DNA of 64,000 nt, taken from positions 91,742 to 155,741 of the forward strand of contig CBDFLT010000009.1 of NCBI GenBank assembly GCA_965249225.1, written 5' to 3'. This stretch comes from Dehalococcoidia bacterium. Lineage in GTDB: Bacteria; Chloroflexota; Dehalococcoidia; Lucifugimonadales; G963668185. Positions 10,077 through 16,776 of the stretch are shown here, piece after piece; the first letter of the stretch is position 1; each line of letters begins with the position of its first letter. The notes under the pieces are model-generated. The model was not told where the DNA came from. It did no database searches and saw only the letters and a program-made list of their open reading frames with translations. Both the position numbers and the translations under genes were made by a program.

Positions 10077-11507
10077 CTACTCATAATACTCCTCTTCGGC
10101 CTGCCTAAGGCTCAGGCCCATCCGACGGCGCTCGGGCTCAATTCGAAGTATCTTTAACTTGACCGAGTCGCCCTCACTCACAACTTCTCGTGGGTGGTTA
10201 ATCTTCCTGTTGGCGAGTTCAGATATGTGTATCAGCCCCTCTACAGCTCCCTCAGAGCCCTCGATACGGGCGAACGCCCCAAAATTGGTGAGCTTAGTTA
10301 CCGTCGCGTCCACGATGTCATCCACCGTGTATCGCTCCTCAATAGTCTCCCAGGGCTCCGGCTGCAACCGCCTGAGGCTGAGCGCTATTTTCTTGTTTTC
10401 GGCGTCGACCCGGAGGATATAGACATCCACCTCATCACCCACCTTCACCACGTCCTCGGGAGTATTCACCGGATTCCAGGAGAGTTCCGATATGTGGACG
10501 AGCCCATCGGCTCCACCCAGGTCTACAAACGCCCCAAAGCTACTGATCCCTGTTACGCGCCCTCTTCTCACCTCCCCTTCCTGCAATTCCTCGATAAGTC
10601 GAGCTTTCTCGGCCTCCCTCACATCGCGAATAGCCTCACGCTCTGAGAAAATAACCCGGTTCCGCCCTCTGTTAACCTCAAGCACCTTGAGATTTAAGAT
10701 CTTCCCGACATCCTCGGACAAGGGGTCTTCCACCCCACCGTTCGCAGCGCCATCACCTACCTGTGCCTCCGTGGCATCTTTTACCTCTTCCGTGGCATCT
10801 TTTACCTCTTCGCCCGCGGCCTCCTGCGCCTCCGTGGCATCTTTTACCTCTTCGCCCACGGCCTCCTGCGCCTCCGTGGCATCTTTTACCTCTTCGCCCA
10901 CGGCCCCTTGCGCCTCCGTGGCATCTTTTACCTCTTCGCCCACGGCCTCCTGCGCCTCCGTGGCATCTTTTACCTCTTCGCCCACGGCCTCCTGCGCCTC
11001 GCGGAAGTTATCGCGGGACACGCTGACTAACTGAGACATCGGCACGAAGCCGTGGATGCCTTCGACCTCCACGATGGCACCCCCTCTATTAAATCCTACG
11101 ATGGTGCCCTCGATTTGGTCTCCTGACTCCATGATTTTCTCGAGGTCCCGCCACCCTCTCTCACCGGCTGCCCTATCAATGGACAGTATCGCTCCCCCCT
11201 CACCGGTCTCTGGCCGCACGACTAGGGCAATAACTTCGTCTCCAACCTCAAGCCGTGCCAACTCCTCGGAATCGAGACTTCTCATCTCGTGGGAAGGAAC
11301 TACACCCTCTGCCTTATGGCCAATGTGGACCAACAGCCCCTCGTTGTCTGCCCGCATAATGACGCCCTCGACGATATCTCCTCGCCGCAAGGGCTTCATG
11401 GGCTTGACGGACTCCAGCAACTCGCCCATGTCCTGAATGAGATCGGTGTCCACCACCTGAGAACTCAAGCTAACTTCCGCGTTATTTGAAGGAGTTTGGT
11501 CCTGCAT
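10077..11507 (-). CDS. rpsA: 30S ribosomal protein S1-like protein (multiple S1 domains) with an inserted acidic tandem repeat
   Basis: The 476-aa ORF contains repeated S1 OB-fold motifs (GDIVEGVI..., GTIVGFNRGGAIVEV, GRVTGISSFGAFVDL, ATVTKLTNFGAFARI). Confidence 0.85.
   Translation of the reverse strand: MQDQTPSNNAEVSLSSQVVDTDLIQDMGELLESVKPMKPLRRGDIVEGVIMRADNEGLLVHIGHKAEGVVPSHEMRSLDSEELARLEVGDEVIALVVRPETGEGGAILSIDRAAGERGWRDLEKIMESGDQIEGTIVGFNRGGAIVEVEGIHGFVPMSQLVSVSRDNFREAQEAVGEEVKDATEAQEAVGEEVKDATEAQGAVGEEVKDATEAQEAVGEEVKDATEAQEAAGEEVKDATEEVKDATEAQVGDGAANGGVEDPLSEDVGKILNLKVLEVNRGRNRVIFSEREAIRDVREAEKARLIEELQEGEVRRGRVTGISSFGAFVDLGGADGLVHISELSWNPVNTPEDVVKVGDEVDVYILRVDAENKKIALSLRRLQPEPWETIEERYTVDDIVDATVTKLTNFGAFARIEGSEGAVEGLIHISELANRKINHPREVVSEGDSVKLKILRIEPERRRMGLSLRQAEEEYYE
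10770..11000. repeat. 42-bp in-frame tandem repeat: 5 full units plus a 21-bp partial unit inside the S1 gene
   Basis: The units start at 10791, 10833, 10875, 10917 and 10959, each cgtggcatcttttacctcttcgccc(a/g)cggcc(tcc/cct)tgcgcctc. Three units are identical and the others differ by 1-2 nt. They encode EAQEAVGEEVKDAT 14-mers. Confidence 0.95.
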
Positions 11508-11651
11508 TGTAGATCAGAGGCGTGAGGAGAACACGGGCCAGAGATGCCGATCGGAATACGAAACTGCGGCGGTGAGAGCCATTTAGGAAGGCAGCCTCAT
11601 CAGGAGGACTACGCGCTGACCAAGCGTCCCCCTCACTCTAGGGTTGTGAAT

Positions 11652-11680
11652 ATTTTAACACTTTGCCGCTACTTTGAAAA
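11652..11680 (-). promoter_or_regulatory. Candidate promoter for the S1 gene
   Basis: The minus strand reads TTTTCA-N17-TAAAAT with a TGT extension (TGTTAAAAT). It lies about 145 nt upstream of the start at 11507. Confidence 0.35.
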
Positions 11681-11870
11681 CACCACCGTACCTCGCCATA
11701 GTCGCTGGCTCAAGCGTCCACTCGCTGGGTAATCCTTGAAGAAACCGATTCTAGGCGGCTAGGTAGGAATCCAGATGGGTGGCGCTTACCGTAAGTCTGT
11801 TAGGCCGGCAACTGCAAGTGCGTTGGTGGTCATCTTTGTCCCGGTTTACAGGTTTCCCGGAGAAGAAAAG

Positions 11871-11990
11871 CCCCCTGGCAGTGACCTATTTTCCCACACC
11901 GTCGCCAGTGCAGTATCGTCAGCGCTGAGGCGTTTCACTTCCGTGTTCGGGATGGGGACGGGTGGTGCCGCCTCGCTAGAACCACCAGGG
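11871..11990 (-). rRNA. rrf: 5S ribosomal RNA, not adjacent to a 23S gene
   Basis: Reverse complement: CCCTGGTGGTTCTAGCGAGGCGGCACCACCCGTCCCCATCCCGAACACGGAAGTGAAACGCCTCAGCGCTGACGATACTGCACTGGCGACGGTGTGGGAAAATAGGTCACTGCCAGGGGG. It aligns block by block with E. coli 5S (CCGAAC..GAAGTGAAACGCC..AGCGC.GA.G.TA). The terminal helix is CCTGG/CCAGG. Confidence 0.9.
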
Positions 11991-12016
11991 GAATTCTCTC
12001 TAGAGTCTACAACTTA

Positions 12017-12045
12017 ATTTTCAGGGTGTATAGCGCATAAGTCAA
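12017..12045 (-). promoter_or_regulatory. Candidate dedicated promoter for the 5S rRNA gene
   Basis: The minus strand reads TTGACT-N17-GAAAAT. The -10 element ends about 27 nt upstream of the 5S 5' end. Confidence 0.4.
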
Positions 12046-12237
12046 GGCCCATTTCCAATACTCGGGCTGATCTGAAACTACCATTGGCCGTTGGAAGGGA
12101 CTCGCCGCTAGTTCATCCTACACCGACCATCAGATCGGTGTCCCGCAGCTTGATTATGTGATCCGTCCGTGTTAGCATTAACGACGGCTTTACTTCGATA
12201 TTTGCATAAAAAGCACCCTTTTGCCTGGAGGCACACA

Positions 12238-12621
12238 TTGACGACAACCCCTCTTATTGAGATCACCCCGCTGGCTGCCGAGAAGCTGGGTGGTGTCCTC
12301 AAAGAGCAGGACGGAGCGGGCTCCTTACTCAGAGTAATGGTCACGCAGGGCGGCCACGGCGGCGTGCAGTACATGCTAGGGGTCGAGGCGGAGGCCAAAG
12401 AAGACGACATCGTAATCGAAACCGATAACCTCAAGGTGCTGGTCGATCCCGAGAGCATACCGCTAGTGGAAGGGGCGCAGATCGACTACGTAGAGGGATT
12501 GATGCGCAGCGGTTTCGTAATCAGCAACCCAAACGTGCCTGCCGGCGGCGGGGGATGCGGGTGCGGTGGAGGAGGCGGATGCGGTTCTGGTGGGGGTGGC
12601 TGCGGTTGTGGTGGCCACTGA
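12238..12621 (+). CDS. HesB/IscA-family Fe-S assembly accessory protein with a Gly/Cys-rich C-terminal tail
   Basis: The tracked ORF is 12169..12621. The likely start is TTG 12238, 6 nt after GGAGG (12227-12231). The sequence has a HesB fold (ITPLAAEKL...LLRVMVTQGG.GGVQYMLGV...IDYVEGLMRSGFVISNPN) followed by the tail AGGGGCGCGGGGGCGSGGGGCGCGGH. Confidence 0.75.
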   Translation: MTTTPLIEITPLAAEKLGGVLKEQDGAGSLLRVMVTQGGHGGVQYMLGVEAEAKEDDIVIETDNLKVLVDPESIPLVEGAQIDYVEGLMRSGFVISNPNVPAGGGGCGCGGGGGCGSGGGGCGCGGH

Positions 12622-12660
12622 GCCACCGCCTACAGGCGTCCAACAAGTAACGAACGAGCG

Positions 12661-12692
12661 CGGGACGGGCTTTGCCGTCCCGTTTTTATTTT
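12661..12692 (+). terminator. Rho-independent terminator after the hesB-like gene
   Basis: CGGGACGG-GCTTTG-CCGTCCCG is followed by TTTTTATTTT. Confidence 0.8.
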
Positions 12693-12813
12693 CGTGAGCC
12701 AAGGCCCGGCTCTTTTCCCTCGACGGATGCCTCAACTCCCCACCCTACGACGATACCTCCACAACCAGCCCGCTTTGGCGTCCCACACCAACCCGGGCCA
12801 CAGGCGTCCGCCG

Positions 12814-12822
12814 TGCTAAAAT
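12814..12822 (+). promoter_or_regulatory. Extended -10 element (TGCTAAAAT) upstream of the M50 protease gene
   Basis: The motif lies 38 nt upstream of the TTG start at 12860. There is no good -35. Confidence 0.3.
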
Positions 12823-12859
12823 CCATGCCACATCCCATCCGCCGGCAACGTGGTACTAC

Positions 12860-13561
12860 TTGCTCTTCGTCCTCCTAGACCAGATCCAGGACGACCCGAT
12901 ACGCGGGCTGGTCACCCTCACGGCGTTCATAGTAGCCATACTGGCGGCCCTCACGTTCCACGAATTCAGCCACGCCCTTAGCGCAACCAGCCTTGGCGAC
13001 TCCACGGCGCGAAGCCTGGGAAGGCTGTCACTACACCCCCGGGCCCACCTCGACCCTCTAGGCTCCGCCATGCTCCTGATGGCGGGCTTTGGTTGGGCGA
13101 AACCGGTCCCGGTTAACCCGGCGAACCTAAGCACCGGCGCTCGGCATGGAATGGCTACGGTCGCCAGCGCGGGCCCCGTCGCAAACATAGTGCTCGCGTT
13201 TGTGTCCGCCGTTCCCATTCGCCTCGGTCTGGTCGACTCAGACTTTGAGGGCTTCTCCTACTTCAACGGACAGCCAGGAGATGTGTTCGGCTACTTGTTA
13301 ATTTCGCTAGTGTTCTGGAACCTCCTGCTGGCGGTCTTCAACTTCATCCCTTTGGCTCCACTGGACGGGTTTAAGGTCGCGCTAGGGATACTTCCGAGGG
13401 AGATGGCTAATAGCTACGCTCGCCTGGAACGGCACGGTCCCACCATTCTGTTACTGGTAATCGCGTCGGATTATCTGCTTGATACCCGATTCCTAGCCAC
13501 GGCCATACGGCCGGTCCTCGACCTGCTGGGAGTCGCCGTGTTGGGTAGACACCTGCTGTAG
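12860..13561 (+). CDS. Site-2 protease family (peptidase M50) membrane metalloprotease
   Basis: It has an HEFSH zinc motif in a TM helix and the NFIPLAPLDG motif characteristic of S2P/M50. Confidence 0.8.
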   Translation: MLFVLLDQIQDDPIRGLVTLTAFIVAILAALTFHEFSHALSATSLGDSTARSLGRLSLHPRAHLDPLGSAMLLMAGFGWAKPVPVNPANLSTGARHGMATVASAGPVANIVLAFVSAVPIRLGLVDSDFEGFSYFNGQPGDVFGYLLISLVFWNLLLAVFNFIPLAPLDGFKVALGILPREMANSYARLERHGPTILLLVIASDYLLDTRFLATAIRPVLDLLGVAVLGRHLL

Positions 13562-13638
13562 AAATTTGCTATCTATTAGCCAAGCGATCGACCGGAAGGA
13601 TGACGCGGGACGCGTAGTGTAAAGGAGGGAGGTGAGGT

Positions 13639-14640
13639 CTGGAACGCATCACCATCATCGGCATGGGGCCCATCGGCACGGCGATAGGGCTCGGCCTTAA
13701 AAGGGCCGGGCTTCCCAATACGGAGATCGTCGGCACCGGCAGGGACCGAGACAGATTGTCTAAGGCGTCCAAGATGGGCGCCGTGGACAAGGCCTCGGGC
13801 AACCTGGGCGACGCCATCAAAGGAGCGCAACTCGTCGTTCTAGACACGGGCTTGGACGAAACCCGCGAGTTGCTGGAGGCCTTGGCAGGCATCCTCGAGC
13901 AGGGAGCTGTCGTCACCGATACCGCGACGGCTAAGGCCCTCGTCATGCGGTGGGCGGCCGACTATCTGCCCGATGGCGTGAGCTTCGTAGGAGGTCGACC
14001 GTTGCCGAAACGGGAACTCTTGCAACAGGAGGACGCGGAGGAAGGCGCTTTCGAGGGCACCTACTACTGCGTGATCCCTCCCCTCTCCACGCCTCAGGAC
14101 GCCGTCAAAACGGTGTTGGGAATGGTCGAGGCGTTGGGCGCCAAGCCCTTCTTCCTCGACGCCGGCGAGCATGACGGGTTTACCGCGGCTATGGAAATAC
14201 TTCCACAAGTGTTGTCCTCTGCGCTGGTTACCTCCGCCAGCGCCAGCGAGTCCTGGAAAGAGATGTCTCGACTAGCCTCTCACGAGTTCCGCCGGGTCTC
14301 GCATCTGGCGGCGAACAACCCCGAGGAATCCCACGCCACCTGCCTCGCCGACCCAGACCTCACCGTTCATTGGCTGGACAGGTTCATCGACGAGCTACTC
14401 TCATATCGAAGCAAGATACAACAGGGAGACGATGAGCTGTTGGACACCTTTATCGACGCGTGGGAGGCCAGGACGAAGTTGGAGCTCGGCGCCGTCGAGG
14501 CAGACGACCGGCCCGACGCACCGACTGCGGCCAACTCGATCGGGTCGATGTTCCTGGGCGAGCGGCTGATGAGGCGCCAACGCCAGATGGCAGAGCGGAA
14601 AAAACGGCGCGGGTGGACATCCTCCAGGAAAAGGCGCTAG
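13639..14640 (+). CDS. tyrA: Prephenate dehydrogenase
   Basis: The tracked ORF starts at ATG 13663, which would delete Rossmann strand beta-1. The upstream in-frame sequence reads (L)ERITIIGMGPIGTAIG back to CTG 13639, just after GGAGGTGA (13628-13635). A stop lies at 13633-13635. The gene sits in a tyrA-aroA context. Confidence 0.75.
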   Translation: MERITIIGMGPIGTAIGLGLKRAGLPNTEIVGTGRDRDRLSKASKMGAVDKASGNLGDAIKGAQLVVLDTGLDETRELLEALAGILEQGAVVTDTATAKALVMRWAADYLPDGVSFVGGRPLPKRELLQQEDAEEGAFEGTYYCVIPPLSTPQDAVKTVLGMVEALGAKPFFLDAGEHDGFTAAMEILPQVLSSALVTSASASESWKEMSRLASHEFRRVSHLAANNPEESHATCLADPDLTVHWLDRFIDELLSYRSKIQQGDDELLDTFIDAWEARTKLELGAVEADDRPDAPTAANSIGSMFLGERLMRRQRQMAERKKRRGWTSSRKRR

Positions 14641-14649
14641 GCCTTCATT

Positions 14650-15972
14650 ATGCAAAAGGTCATCCGCCCTACCCTCCGAGTCGATGGGGTCATCTCCCCT
14701 CCAGGCGACAAGTCCATCTCACACCGAGCCATCCTCCTGAACTCCTTCGCCAATGGAACGGCCACCGTATCGAACTTCTGCGGAGGAGAAGACGGAGCCT
14801 CGATGCTCAGGTGCCTAAGGGGCATTGGCGCAAAGATACGGAGCCACCCGGTCGATGGAGACCGCGGGTCCCCAGACCGCCTCATAGTCCACGGCAAGGG
14901 CCCCTCTGGGCTGAGCGAGCCCGCGGGTGTGTTAAACGCCGGCAACAGCGGCACCACCATGCGCCTGGTTGCCGGACTGCTGGCAGCTCAGCCGTTCTTC
15001 AGCGTCATAACCGGCGATCGGTCTCTGCGCAGACGGCCGATGGACCGAATTGTTACTCCCCTTACCCGCATGGGGGTCTCCATCATGGGCCGCGATCGGG
15101 ACTCCCGGGCTCCGCTGGCCATCCGGGGCGGCGGGCTACACGGAATCGACGCTGTACTGCCGGTCGCGAGCGCCCAGCTTAAGTCGTGTCTTATGATCGC
15201 GGCGTTACACGCCAAGGGCCGTTCCACCATCACCGAGCCGGCCGTCTCTCGCGACCACACCGAGCGTATGATGCAGGTGATGGAGGGCGATATTAAAGTA
15301 GCCGGCTTGAGCATCACCGTAGGAGCATCGGAGCTCACCGCCGTTGACGTAAAGGTGCCGGGCGACATAAGCAGCGCGGCCTTCTGGCTGGTGGCCGGAT
15401 GCTGCCATCCCAACGCCAGGGTCAGGCTGAACGGTATCGGGACCAACCCTTCTCGCACCGGCATCCTGGACGTCCTGAAGGCAATGGGAGCGCGCATCCG
15501 CATCGAGAACATTCGAGAGGAAAACGGGGAGCCACTAGCGGACTTGGTCGCAGAATCAAGCGACCTGAAGGGCACTGAGATCAAAGGCGCCATCATCCCC
15601 AGGGTAATCGACGAGCTGCCCGCGCTGGCCCTCGCGGCCTGCTTCGCCAGGGGCACCACCGTCATCGGGGACGCCGAGGAGCTGAGAGTTAAAGAGTCGG
15701 ACCGCATACGGGCCACGGTAGTCGGCCTCTCCAAGCTGGGCGCCAGGATCGAGGAGCTCTCCGACGGACTCGTGATCCGCGGAGGGACGCCCCTGACCGG
15801 GAGCCTGTGCGACTCGTACAAGGACCATCGCATTGCAATGACAATGGGCATCGCGGGACTCCTGGCACAGGGAGAGACGGTCGTGGATGGAGCCGAGGCG
15901 GCTGATGTCTCCTACCCGGGCTTCTGGGAGACTCTGGAGAGCCTCCAGCGGCCCTCACACGAGGACGTTTGA
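14650..15972 (+). CDS. aroA: 3-phosphoshikimate 1-carboxyvinyltransferase (EPSP synthase)
   Basis: The 440-aa ORF carries the GDKSISHRA and LNAGNSGTTMRL motifs. Confidence 0.93.
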   Translation: MQKVIRPTLRVDGVISPPGDKSISHRAILLNSFANGTATVSNFCGGEDGASMLRCLRGIGAKIRSHPVDGDRGSPDRLIVHGKGPSGLSEPAGVLNAGNSGTTMRLVAGLLAAQPFFSVITGDRSLRRRPMDRIVTPLTRMGVSIMGRDRDSRAPLAIRGGGLHGIDAVLPVASAQLKSCLMIAALHAKGRSTITEPAVSRDHTERMMQVMEGDIKVAGLSITVGASELTAVDVKVPGDISSAAFWLVAGCCHPNARVRLNGIGTNPSRTGILDVLKAMGARIRIENIREENGEPLADLVAESSDLKGTEIKGAIIPRVIDELPALALAACFARGTTVIGDAEELRVKESDRIRATVVGLSKLGARIEELSDGLVIRGGTPLTGSLCDSYKDHRIAMTMGIAGLLAQGETVVDGAEAADVSYPGFWETLESLQRPSHEDV

Positions 15973-16577
15973 GCACCCCCCGGTTCCATTGCGGCATGCT
16001 GGTCGTGTTGTCCGGCCCCTCCGGCGTCGGTAAAGACGCGTTGCTGTCCAGAATGAGGGGTCTGAGCAAACCCTTCCACTATACGGTCACGGCCACGACG
16101 CGCCCGCGCCGCTCCAACGAGCGTGATGGAGTGGACTACATTTTCGTGACCAAAGAGGCGTTCAAACGAATGATCGAGGACGGCGAGCTGCTCGAGTGGG
16201 CCGAGGTGTATGGGAACCTGTACGGCGTACCCCGATCGCAGGTGGTCGAGGCGCTGGAAAATGGGAAGGACGTACTGATCAAGGCAGACGTCCAGGGCGC
16301 GGCGACAATCAAGGCCATCGCTCCAGACGCCGTTTTCATCTTCCTGGCCCCGCCAACACTGGACGAACTCGCCCACAGGCTACGAAGACGAATGACGGAG
16401 TCGCCGGAGGCCCTGGCGCTGAGGCTCAAAATCGCCGAATTGGAAATGGGCGAGGCCCCCAAGTTCGACTACGTGGTCGTCAACAAACAAGGCGCACTGG
16501 ACGAATCCGTTCGTGAGATAGAGCGCATCGTCGAGCGAGAGGGGTCGCGTCCAAGGCCCCGAGACATCCAGCTCTGA
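15969..16577 (+). CDS. gmk: Guanylate kinase
   Basis: It has a P-loop (LSGPSGVGKDAL) and the TTRPRRSNERDGVDYIF...YGNLYG signature. The start is either TTG 15969 (4-nt overlap with aroA) or the downstream ATG at GMLVV. Confidence 0.88.
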   Translation: MSTPRFHCGMLVVLSGPSGVGKDALLSRMRGLSKPFHYTVTATTRPRRSNERDGVDYIFVTKEAFKRMIEDGELLEWAEVYGNLYGVPRSQVVEALENGKDVLIKADVQGAATIKAIAPDAVFIFLAPPTLDELAHRLRRRMTESPEALALRLKIAELEMGEAPKFDYVVVNKQGALDESVREIERIVEREGSRPRPRDIQL

Positions 16578-16602
16578 CCCGCCCTCTGGGGCGTGCGTCA
16601 TC

Positions 16603-16611
16603 TGTTATACT
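16603..16611 (+). promoter_or_regulatory. Extended -10 element (TGTTATACT) upstream of pepN
   Basis: The motif lies in the gmk-pepN spacer, about 165 nt upstream of ATG 16777. Confidence 0.25.
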
Positions 16612-16776
16612 CCCCTACGCAGTCTCGGCGTACTCATAATAAGCCCCTGCTGGGCTGTGCCGCCACGCTCCACAAGAAACGAGGATGCGTCCTGTGAGTG
16701 ACCGTCGGCGTTTCCGAGGGCTCTACACCTTTCATCCAGCGTCTGGGCACATGATATCGGCCAGCGGAGGAACGGA

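Noticed and set aside
10763-11026. Regular 42-bp repeats that could be mistaken for a CRISPR array, and the plus-strand ORF with PPWHLLPLRPRP repeats
   Set aside because: The units are contiguous with no unique spacers, lie in frame within the S1 gene, and have no cas genes nearby. The plus-strand ORF is just the antisense reading of the repeat.
12108-12458. 116-aa minus-strand ORF overlapping the hesB-like gene
   Set aside because: The plus frame has a recognisable HesB fold, an SD and a terminator. The minus ORF is Ser/Cys/Pro-rich with no motif.
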